Part shown: positions 1 through 10,554 of the stretch, in pieces
Position numbering within the stretch: the first letter of the stretch is position 1
Layout of the letters: each line of letters opens with the position of its first letter
Assembly: GCA_964199315.1 (NCBI GenBank)
Contig: OZ116704.1
Span: forward strand, 2,542,001-2,606,000
Length of the DNA stretch: 64,000 nt
Reading direction: 5' to 3'
DNA from: Orbicella franksi
Lineage: Eukaryota
Notes under the pieces: model-generated
What the model was told of the DNA's origin: nothing
Seen by the model: only the letters and a program-made list of their open reading frames with translations
The model's database searches: none
Program-made: the position numbers and the translations under genes

Positions 1-2
1 TC

Positions 3-736
3 TGTGGTTCAGAGGATCATTTTGTCTACATTTGGAGAACTCAACACGGATTTCCTTCCTCGAGGAGAGACAAAAACGAGTTTTATGAGAGCTTTTCAGG
101 TAAGACAAGAAATTGAAGACAAATCTCTCACCGTATGAAATTATGTGTCAGAAGAGAGTACCAACTTGAACACACGTGACCAGGGTCACAGTGATGAATT
201 GATCAGAATAAGAAGCAACACACACAGTCGGTAGAGCCGGCTCTGGAGGATGTGTTAACGATGCCAGTCGTGGAAAATCAAGAACGGGAGAGCATGTAAA
301 GGGTTGTAAGCATAGAAAAACATGTTACCTTTTGCTACAGCGCAGCGCCAGTTTAGAATGGTTGGCTATAAAAGCGAACCCCCTCCCACTCCTCCCAAAT
401 TTTGAGGAAGCAGACACATTTATCATTTTCAACAGTTAAATCCCGTCTATCGCCTCTGTAAGGTGAATGAGCCACCATATTTCCTTCTTTTAAAGCTCAG
501 ATTCGATTTCACGTACCAATTCTTAGTTTAAGGCATTAAATGGCGGTTACCTAGCTAAAACCAAATCACTTTTACTTTCTAATTTTCAAGCCCACGCGGT
601 TGTGGTAACTGCAGCAATGTTCGCCCCAGTTCCCTGGCTAATTATTCCACCCGACTCAAGCTGTCAGCCATTCACCACAGAGGTTCTGGTTACCGCTGAC
701 TGGAGCGGCGCCATCAAGTTATTCGTGAACAGATGA
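3..736 (+). CDS. WDR44: WD repeat-containing protein 44 (Rab11 effector), last two coding exons; gene begins upstream of the window
   Basis: Exons 3-99 and 591-736 joined by a GT-AG phase-1 intron give CGSEDHFVYIWRTQHGFPSSRRDKNEFYESFSAHAVVVTAAMFAP...EVLVTADWSGAIKLFVNR*. This matches the WDR44 C-terminus as I recall it (GSEDKYVYIW...RRDRNDFWEGIKAHNAVVTSAIFAP...EVLLSADFTGAIKVF). Confidence 0.9.
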
Positions 737-2633
737 CACGAGTGTGTCTGTAACTGACATCACCATGGAAACTCTTGGTGTAGAGAAGAGATCTGTCGGT
801 CAATCAGATGCTGACGTGATCCTGATCATCCAACTGGTCGCCATCTTTACACAGCCAGGCCAAGGATCCTGAAGTCAGCTGCTTGGCGTGACGCGATACA
901 GGACTGTTGTGGACCACTTCATTTACATGTGTTAAACAGCTTTGTAGAACAAGGCAGAGCAGTGCAATGAGATGTAAACACGTGGTCCTGTATCCTGAAG
1001 CTTTGCTGTCCCGAGAGTGAAGACAAGCTTGCGGACATTCTCTTGATCTATCAATAATTGTCAGAATTAAGAAATGTATGGTAACCAGTAAGGACATGGA
1101 AAAACTCAAACTCGCCGTTAATTGTTGATCAACTCTCCCCCCCCCCCCTCCCCTCCCCCCCAAAAAACCCCTGTCAAGCCAGTCAGATTGCGCGTTTACT
1201 TGATAGTCGGTCTGGGTTGCGCTAGAATTTATTAGCAGTCAGTTTCAAACTACTTGAGAGGAACTCATTATTAGGGGCTCTCTGACGGGTGTTGTCCTAG
1301 GCGACTTCAAATCGTGCTGAAGCTCCATCTTTGTACACTTGACATAATATGACTGAAACCTTGAATAATTTCGAACGGTGCTGTACAGAAAAAATAAATC
1401 ATTCCCCCGGTACATAATATAACAAGAAGGATGAAACTCGGTTGCAGCAATAATTATTCAGGGGTAGAGAAATTATTTTTGAGGAAGAGAAACAAAGATG
1501 TTTTCCTCTATTTGAATTGAATAGAGTCGGAATTTTGTGTGTACAGAATTTGGAATGCAAGGCTATGAATAGTGGCGTAGATAGAGTGAAAGGCCGCTCC
1601 TTGTGCTAAGTATTTGTGTGCTTTTGTTGCCGTGCAATGTGTAGTTTATTTTTTTGGCTGTTGGACGAAGTCTGTCGACCTGAAAATCTTAAGGTGTTTA
1701 TCTCTTTTCAGGTGAACTCTCAAACTGAATCGATTAGAGGTAACAAGATTATTTCAAATTCCAGCTAAGGTTCTAGAAAGTATTAAATATAAGAAGTAAA
1801 TACAGTGGTCACAAACTACAATACTTAGAAAATACATTGACAGTAAATCTATTTAATAGTGAATTATGCAGGGACATCGTTCGCTTGAAATGTTTTTGAA
1901 CGATTTAAATGAACTGAGTGATCTGCTGAAGGCTATGAGAAATAAAAGTTTTACTGAAAACAGCAATGTTTGCCAGTAGTCATTTAGTTATGTTAAATTG
2001 TAGTACGTGCAACAGTAATATTTCATTTACCCCACATTTTACCACCAAACAGTATTTTTTTTTTTGTCCGCAACTTGAAATTGAACCATCTCGTTGGGCG
2101 CGACCCCAGCGAATGGCTGAAATTCAAGATAGACATCAATTTGTTGGTTTTTCCATCGCTTGGCTAATCAAAGTCAAGGAAGCAGAGCATAATCGGGAGC
2201 TGGTACAGTGCACGTGGAGAGCTTGATATTCTTTGATTTGATTAGCTGAGATGTTGGAAAACCAACAAAACGTCTATACACCAGCGGGAGGCCATTCGTG
2301 GATAGAGTTTTCAAGGAAGACTATGGGCGTATCTAGACCGATTTAGCTCAACCCATTTTGCAGGGATGAGCAATTATTTACAAAACATGCAATTAAGAAT
2401 CTAATACATTTACTTTCACATGTATCTGTTCTTAAAGCAGCAATGTCACGACATTTTAAGTCATTTTCTGATTACTTTAGATAATTTCCTAAGACAATGA
2501 CTTCAAATTGTAATTTAAAAAACAAAAATGAATAAGGATGGTCACGACCGAGAAAGATTTACACGGATTACAATTAACAAACTTTAAAAAAGTTTTAAGA
2601 TGCGCGTTCTATGGCGTAGCTCCTTTAATACAC

Positions 2634-5322
2634 TCAGCCGGAAACTACAGTCAGCTCCTTCGTTTGCAGTTCACTTGTTTTCACTCCTAGTTCGATGTTC
2701 CATACTCCCTTTTCAACATCAACAGCATTACCTGAAATATAAAGATGAAAACTGTTAATCGGGGCGTTACCAGTCCTGGCTATCTGATGTTACCTCGCCT
2801 GGGATTTACTCACTGTTATCACAAACAAAAGCTAATTTTAATGTGTTAGAATAATTAATAATATACATGAAAAAGTTACTCGATTCTGACTGGCTGAGAG
2901 CAGTGCAGTTCACGTGTAACACCAGTGCAAAAAGTGTAACATCAGTGCAAATTACACATAATTCTAGATTATGATTGGCAGAAAGACAATAGGAAATTTT
3001 CTAAGCCAATGATATCACGTAAAATGATGACAAAAATTTTGTGCAGAAACTTTGAAAAAGGTTTTCTCGAATGAGAAAAAGTGGCTTCAAGAAAGATCTT
3101 CTGGCACTTCTACGCGAATTTTTTCATGTTTATACTATTAATAAGTAATAGCAGAGGTTTTAATATGGTGCACGTGCGTACCGATGAAAAAGCTACCTGA
3201 TAAAAGATATCAGTTAATTGTCAATTGAGAATTTATCTTTTGTGAGGATAGCGTAGATACCCTTCGTCCAATTTCTTGTCCCTTACACCTTCAGTGATAA
3301 CACTAAGGCTATGTTCACGCTTGGTGACTAGCACGGTGCTCCAGTACGATTCCATCTTTGCACTAATGTGAACACACCTTTATTCCAGGTACACACACCA
3401 GAATTCGGACACCGTGCCCGTGCCCGTGAACTCGATCATGACCTTGTACTCGGGCACTTGATGGTACTTGAGTACTTGGAGTTCCCAGTGTCTGAACGCA
3501 ACACCATTTTGTGCCGGGTGCCCAAGCACCATTGCTCGGACATCAAGTGTGAACACAGCCTACGTAATTTATAGGGAAATGTTTTAATTTAATTTAGAAT
3601 AGGGAAAGAATAAACGATAGGGTAAGTCATGTGGCGTTTTGTCTGTTGTGCATGGGGCCAAATAAGACAGCAAAAGATGAAACAACTGAGATTTTGTCAT
3701 AGGTTAAACTACAGAATGAAATAGACGGAATTACTCAAGCAACTTAAAGGTATGGCCACCTGTTAATGTTCTGATGCATATTTTGTTCCAAACGGACGTT
3801 TTTGTTGGATCGTGCAGGAATTTTAAGACCCTAAACGACTTTCATCTGTGCTGAACATATCATGACTGAAGAGACTCAGACATGACAGAGAACAAGTAAA
3901 AGGTTCGGCTTAAGTGATGGGTAACAAAAACTGAAGTCATTTTAATTATTTATGAGTGTAAAAGTCCAGTTTCGAGTTTGCCATGACCGCTGATTAAAAG
4001 CACTGAGAACGCATTTGCACAGGGTTAGCCTCGACCTAAAGTAAAATGTTCACAAATTCCAGCGAGAAGATGGCCTGTTTACAGCTCTGTGTATTGTTTA
4101 ATTTTCAAATTTGTGGCACCTTCCCGCCAGTATTTGTGAATATTTTTTTTTAGGTCGAGGCTAACCCTGTGCACATGCGTTTTCAGTGCTTTTATTGAGC
4201 GGTCATGGCGAACTCGAAACTGGGCTATTCTATTTCATCTGAAGGCTGAGATCTAAGATACAAACCAGCGGTGATTTCCATGTGTCTGACTCTGATGCTA
4301 ACATTCCACAGTGCTCCTATCGTCAACAAGATGATGATCAGAGCGCCACAGGCCAGCAGAACATGATCGATGAGTCCCAACCGGCGAGTAGATGAAGCCC
4401 GCTTCACATCTTGACGGTATTTCCCTCTGCTATGGTCTTTTAGGCAGCGGAACTAAAAAAAACACAAACAAGAAATCTAAATCATTTTGATTAATTGGTA
4501 GGCAATACCTACAGAGCAACCGCAATTTCATGTTCAGAACATCTCCGATATCAACGAAGAATTAAAGCCAAATTCAAAGGGGCTAATGTCCCAGCACTCC
4601 ACACCCTCCACTCCCTTGGTTTCAGCATTGCCCCAGCACTCCACACCCTCCACTCCCTTGGTTTCAGAAGTACCCTAGCGCTCCACACCCTCCACTCCCT
4701 TGGTTTCAGCAGTGCCCCAGCATTCCACGCCCTCCACTCCCTTGGTATTTGTTTACTCTATGTGCGGAGTTGTACTAAATAGCAAATGCACTGTGACATC
4801 TAGGAGTGTACATTCGTGTGGACCGACTAGCTTCAAAGACAGAAAATAGATATCTAACTAGTTATAATAAGCCATTTCAGGGTTACATTACGCTTCTGAT
4901 TTAAAACCACATGAAAGTGAACGTGCAAGTGAAACACATTTTCATATGACTGGTTTTGCACGAAGATTCGTTTTGACGCAGAAGCAAAAGGCAACTCGCA
5001 AATGGCCTATTGGACACCTCTAAAATTGGACAAACACGGGATTGCGCGCCAATATTACGTGACAAGTACACGCGCGGAGAACCAGTCGATAGGGAATGTT
5101 TGTAATAGATACGATTAAGTATCTAGGTTACTGATCTAAGCCGGTTATTATTATTTAAATGTTCTATTTTGACAATCCAAGCCTTTTGTTACTTTTCGAT
5201 GATGACTATGGATCGGAGAAACGTTGGGTGACAGCAAATAAGACAAAAATTCGCTAGGGAAAAGCAATGAAGTCAGTAAAATTAAACAATGCTTTCTTAC
5301 ATCCTGTTTCCAGAATAGATTG

Positions 5323-5355
<33 letters not shown>

Positions 5356-8300
5356 CGATCGTTATCATCATCGTCACCATCCATTTCCAAACATTCGGTA
5401 AAATTTTGATCGAAGTAGCTTCTGTTCAAGAATTGAACTCTTACTCCTATTGTAGGTTTCTGCCACATAAAGTCATCATCGAGAACGCTGACGATCGTGA
5501 AATCTGGACTTATTTCTTTATGATTAGCCTGGCAGCCAAACATCCAGACTTTATCTACAGTACCATTCTGCAAGCTTGTGAGGAGTTCACGCTCAGTTGA
5601 ATATTCTGCAATTAACAAACGTAGCAAAAACATAAGCTACGGTCATTCCAATAATCACGCTGCCGTCTTAGACATTTTAGACCGAGTAATTGCCCACATT
5701 TTTCCGTTTTTGCAAGTGATCACATTACGTTGGCGTTGACACCCCACGGAAGAGAGAATGCTATTTCTACTGTGGTTGATGAGCCACAACTAGCCTGCGA
5801 CCAAGCTCACCTTTGAGTCACGCGCGCGAGCGGCGAAGAGCAAAGCGATCCGGCGGGAAGAAGTCTGGTGAAGAGGCACCACTTACTCGTCTCTCGCGGC
5901 TTCGCCGCTCGATTTCGCGCTCGCGGCTACGCAGCGCGCGATTGTGCTCCAACATGAGCCTGCTCACCCTTCGTGGCTATCACGCTCTGAAATTAAGCTT
6001 CCAGTGTAACCAAATTCAAATCTCAGTTTAAGATTATATTTAGACTGGTTTCATTCCGAAATAGAGAATAATGTGAATTACGCGAGGAACTGCTATATTG
6101 TACACAGTTAGCTGAGTGAAAACACTCAATAACTGGATTAATACCTATCACTGATTCCGCTCCGTAGCAGTATTTCTGAAAGAAACTCTTGCTTCCTAAA
6201 GGTACACCAATCTGCAATAAATACACGGTATAGAGTGATTTTCAATCGAGTGTCGTAAAACCAAACCAAAGTAGTATATCTAGCCGATCACAAAGGACGC
6301 ATGTACAGACAATACAGTTATTTATTTAACTTCGCCTAACTAAAATACAGTACAACAAAATTCAGTAGCTAAAGCTACTCATATATAAACAAGAAGAGTC
6401 AAAAGGAAACAAAACAGAAGTTCAAATCGCTAGAAACAGCACGACGGCGGGCACAGAAGAGACCTCGCTGTGTTGAACCTGGGACAGATTGTTCTCCAGG
6501 TTCCTATGCTGTCAACGTCGTACAGATCTAGAGCCCTGTTGTAATTAAAGTGGTAAACGTTTAAATGAGGCTAGGGAGATGTGACTCGTGCGTACAGTGA
6601 ACCAATGAACCGTTTTTTAAGCCAATTGTGAAACTTAGTGATGCAAACCTAATTACTCTTCGACCCCCAAATGAAAACCGTTCTATACAAGCCGGGTATT
6701 TTGGGACAAATTAAATATCCGGCCGAGCCTGTGTACATCTGTGACATTTTTTCTGGCCCACAACAACAGTTCCAATGCTGTTGTTTATAGTGGTCAATGC
6801 GCTTAACTACACCTGGCTACTTCACAGGCATGGTCAAATTCAGTTGCAACGAGAATGGTTTTATCGAATCATAGCGCCATTTTTCTTTTCATATTATATT
6901 ATACTGCACATTAGTGCCGGATTTTACCTGCCAAGGGACAAGCGCAGCAAAGAAGACCGCATTCCTGGATTATCAGCTGCTCTTCCTTTGAGCAGTCAGG
7001 GAATGAGATAACATAGATGAAATACTGAATAGTTCATTTATTTAATGCAGAAAAGGTAGGGATTTACCGCTCTCCCGAACTAAGGGCACATAAAACGTTT
7101 GACAAATTGAAACTAATGTGCAATAAATAAAATGGATAAATTATAATAATAATGAAAAAGCTGATTACACATGCCAGTATCTGAAAAATCAGGATAACAA
7201 AGAGAACTTTGATGCACTTGGTTGTTAGCTAGTTTAGAATTCTAGCTTGTCTTTGTACATTAATCAAATGTTCCATGAAATACATATCTTATACCTTGTT
7301 TCCAAATATCTCGTTTAAAGGACTCAGTCCATCAGCCGTAATGGACGAGGAGATCTGGGCAGTAAAGGTTGACATTAACAGCATTCCTATTATCATCCAC
7401 AGTGAAGCGTAGGCTCGCGCCAGGAACGACCGCGGCGTCTTGTCACCATACCTACCAAACAAATATGCTAATTTGATTTACAATAAAAACTGTTGACATT
7501 TTGCACTCTTCATTCAAGTCAGCAAGTAAATTTTTCAGCTGTTGATGTTCCCGGGCAGAACACAAAGTTAGAATTTTCTTGGCTCGAATAATAAACTCTG
7601 GGATACACAAAGGAGAGCAATTACCGAGGCAGGGGAGTAGAACATAATGTTACTTATTATTCTTGCAGATATTGACAGGTTCTATATATACTTGAAAATT
7701 GATTTTCTTACCCCACTGTTGTCATGGTAACAATGGCCCACCACAAACCTTCCCGTATGCCGCTCCAAAATGAGTTTGGAAAGTGTCCAGAATTTGCTTT
7801 GTGATCCTGTTGAAAAAAAAAAGCGTAGATTATTTTCCTTTCACGGTGTAAACAAACCAACCTAATAAACTCAATATAGTTTTAAGTCTTAAAAAAATTG
7901 GAATTTTTCTTGGAGAAAAATGGAGAACAAAATGCTTATAAATGTAACAGATGGTATTAAAATAAAAATTTTTATTATTAATATATTTTCTATTATTCTT
8001 GTAAGAACTTAGTTTTTTTCTATCCATGTTATTTCTTTTCCACACATGTTTCCCCTTGTTTTGAATTTCGTCAGCAACTTTCAGTGGATAAATAAAACCA
8101 CACGAGTTCTTTTGACATAAGAATTGCGAATGACGCATATCTACCGTGGCTGAAGAACAGCTTTACATTAAATTCTAGGTCTTCATTTTAACTGTTCACT
8201 GCTTGGGGAAATATCTGACTGAAACAAGTGCTAGTAAAATTTGCAGTGTCTGAAACTAAAGACAGAGTTACTACGCTACTGGTTTTATTTCCATGCCTTG

Positions 8301-8854
8301 AAAGTGGTCCATTTAGCCGCGTCTTTCCTATCCACAAACCTTTATGCATCTTATTGTCTATAACGTTATACCTACGCTTATTAGTTTACTTAAAGACTGA
8401 TCCGTTATATGCCATATATAATTCTGAAAATACTCACAAAAAACCAGATCAGAATTCCTGATAACATGGCAGCCATTAGGCAGAGAATGAACAGTTGCCA
8501 TATCTTCTCAAACGCGCGCAGAATCTGACTTGCAGTGTTGGTAGAGGCTTCTTTTGTAGCCAAGACAGGTCTATGCAGCTTGTTCAACGTTATATTTGGA
8601 TCTCTAGAGATCAACGGAAATTTCACCGAAAGAGCTGGACAACTTTTTGTCCCAACTGCTGAATGATGTTGAAGGCAATTATTTGTTAAATTACGAACGT
8701 AGCCTTTCAATGAGTGGTTTTCCTTGGAGAAAAAACCGAATTCAAACCTACGATTCCAATGAAACTTCACACAAGAGTCATTTCGTTTATCCAAAGGATG
8801 AGCAACTTCAACATTTAAAATGATGAAGAAGAGGCAAAAGGCCCTGCACCGCAT
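2634..8854 (-). CDS. GluR0/iGluR-like membrane protein with K+ channel pore (signal peptide-S1-M1-P loop TVGYG-M2-S2-poly-Asp-TM), 7 exons, 441 aa
   Basis: Exons 8854-8438, 7806-7712, 7451-7295, 6211-6145, 5605-5301, 4452-4266, 2731-2634; all GT-AG, phases consistent, 1326 nt ending in TGA. Signal peptide MRCRAFCLFFIILNVEVA; M1 IWQLFILCLMAAMLSGILIWFF; pore LWWAIVTMTTVGYGDK; M2 ending STFTAQISSSIT; SBP-family-3-like GNKIGVPLGS...EYSTERELLTSLQNGTVDKV; last TM HVLLACGALIIILLTIGALW. Confidence 0.85.
2856..3149. repeat. Unclassified interspersed repeat, truncated copy; inverted copy at 34545-34863
   Basis: Reverse complement of 34545-34863 over ~290 bp (e.g. GAGAGCAGTGCAGTTCACGTGTAACACCAGTGCAAAAAGTGTAAC vs GTTACACTTTTTGCACTGGTGTTACACTTGAACTGCACTGCTCTC). 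Confidence 0.85.
3307..3560. mobile_element. MITE, probably PIF/Harbinger type
   Basis: TIRs GGCTATGTTCACGCTTGGTG / CATCAAGTGTGAACACAGCC; flanks TAA and TAC (degenerate TWA-like target); no ORF of substance. Confidence 0.7.
3961..4229. mobile_element. Foldback MITE with ~80-bp terminal inverted repeats
   Basis: CCAGTTTCGAGTTTGCCATGACCGCT...GGGTTAGCCTCGACCTAAA pairs with TTTAGGTCGAGGCTAACCC...AGCGGTCATGGCGAACTCGAAACTGG. Confidence 0.85.
4590..4746. repeat. 42-bp minisatellite, ~3.7 copies, intronic
   Basis: Unit CCCAGCACTCCACACCCTCCACTCCCTTGGTTTCAGCATTGC starting at 4590, 4632, 4674, 4716. Confidence 0.95.
4866..5011. mobile_element. Short MITE with AAT-AG..CT-ATT ends
   Basis: Ends AATAAGCCATTTCAGGGTT / AACTCGCAAATGGCCTATT; related to 39142-39310. 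Confidence 0.65.
5791..5967. mobile_element. GC-rich MITE-like repeat of the TAGCCTGC family
   Basis: Starts TAGCCTGCGACCAAGCTC, ends GAGCCTGCTCAC; internal inverted pair CGAGCGGCGAAG / CTTCGCCGCTCG; same termini at 17430 and 43133. Confidence 0.6.
6231..6685. mobile_element. TA-flanked MITE interrupted by a LINE fragment
   Basis: TIRs TAGAGTGATTTTCA / TGAAAACCGTTCTA flanked by TA; split at a TACAGT duplication (6313-6318, 6593-6598). Confidence 0.7.
6319..6592 (-). mobile_element. CR1/L2-group LINE 3' fragment with 6-bp TSD
   Basis: Minus strand encodes frameshifted SLASFKRL / YNRALDLYDVDSIGTWRTICPRFNTARSLLCPPSCCF*, then a 3' UTR and AAATAAATAA tail; TACAGT direct repeats on both sides. 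Confidence 0.75.
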
Positions 8855-9071
8855 TTCTCTGATCTGTCGAAGTTTCCGCCTTCTGACGTGTATTGAGCGA
8901 ACTGTTAGGAGCACGTACATGCGACAATTTTAATTCTAGTAATAGCATTACAACCAATAAGCCGCGCTCAAATCCCCGTCACTTGGCATTTATTTAACAT
9001 CTAACCACCAGATGTTTAGACACCAACCAATCTTATTGTGCAGAATGGAGACAAGACGTCTATGTGAACTC

Positions 9072-9335
9072 TTATTATATGGCTAGCCCCGTGATGAACC
9101 AAATACTGCGCCGTGGTTGGCTACCCAAGCGGACAAGACGGCACCATATTGCCAGCTCGGGATTGCGTACGCTCGTGTCCCGATCAAGCGCGAATAATTT
9201 TTTGGGTGTTTTTTATCCCATATAGTAAATCCTTTATTGACCAAGCTTGTTCGGTCGAGATGGTTGGATATGAATTAATCACGCTAAGAACTCGGCTAAT
9301 ATTCCGGCATCTTCTCGGCCAATAACCCAGATATA
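9072..9335. repeat. Interspersed repeat (TTATTATATGGC-terminated family)
   Basis: Starts TTATTATATGGCTAGC; the same terminal motif occurs at 15570-15581 and, degenerate, at 19966-19976. Family recognition is from memory of anthozoan repeats. Confidence 0.55.
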
Positions 9336-10554
9336 ATGAAAGTATGACAGACTTGCAAAGTTAGTGGTAGTCATTAACTGTCATAGTATTTAAAAATAGA
9401 AGATGAAATCGGTTTTCACATGTTGAGAAGACTCGTTTGCAGACAGAAAGTCACTACTGATCAAATCGAGACCCAATTCATCTGTAATCGATCTGTTATG
9501 GGGAAGCAGTTTGCCGTCAAAACAAACAAAATAAAGAAAACCGCGGAAAAAAAAAGACAACTCACAACCATGGGTCTAGTTACGACTAATTTCTGTGCGG
9601 ACCTAGATTATTTCAAGTAAACTCGTCACTGACGTTTCATATCATAGCTACTGGTCTGAAACCAGGGGTATCAGTACTTTGTCTTGTGCGATCGCCTGTT
9701 GTTAGTGACATGACGTTTCGACAACCTGAGCGTAAGTCATCTTCAGAATCAAACTGACTTCCAAGATTAAAAAGAGCTTGTGAAACTTCAGTAGTAAATC
9801 AGTGAAATTGTCGGTCATGTTCTTTAGGTGTTAATATTCGCGGAAAAATCTAGCTTTCAAAATCTGCCAAATTTCTGGTTGGCACAAGCGCCAATGAGCT
9901 CTTGCACTCTTTGTAAAATTATCCGTTCTTAAACCCACGTCGCACAAAAAGTATTCAGTACATCGGGTTCCAATTACTTGGGACAGTTAATCGTGCTATG
10001 CCCTGTCAATATCCATTACTTGATGAGAAACTGAATCGCCTGTGCAAATAATTTATTGTAAACAATATTTTGGGCGTACTATATTGTGGCGTTTTGGAAA
10101 AAATATCGCGAAAATTAACACGACGTTACACTTGCGAAAAAAAGAGCGCAAAAATTTAACACGATTAAACTCAGCAGATTATGCAAAAAAACAGTACACG
10201 GGTTTAAATGTTCTTCACGGGCTCGTCGATAGTTGTTCAATTTTTGTGCAGTCATCAATTTTCCATTTGTTGGCTCCTTGTAGTGAAACAAGGCCTTCGA
10301 ACCAGGATTTGAGAAAAGCTATGGCAAAAGCTTGGAATAAAATCACTTGTGTGGAGTTTTTTTCCAGGAATGACGAAAATTAATACTCTCGAAATACAGT
10401 TCTCGAATTTTCGCGAAAAGTAGCATAAATATTCAGTACGCCTCAGACCGTTACCAGCGCAATACTATTCCGAGTCATTTACATGACGTACCAGACACCA
10501 ATAGCACGTTGACCACCGAGTCCTACTGCTGAGTTGCTTGTCACGACTTGCGCT

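Noticed and set aside
187-250. C/D box snoRNA in the WDR44 intron (GTGATGA at 191)
   Set aside because: No CTGA D box at a suitable distance and no convincing terminal stem.
804-1163. 119-aa minus-strand ORF
   Set aside because: Starts in a poly-G run, has no recognisable domain or splice context, and is antisense to the probable WDR44 3' UTR.
4495-4782. ORF with repeated PALHTLHSLGF peptide
   Set aside because: By-product of the 42-bp minisatellite, antisense within an intron.
2634-8854. Bacterial contaminant explanation for the GluR0-like gene
   Set aside because: Six canonical introns with consistent phases, several carrying host repeats, and continuity with flanking animal genes.
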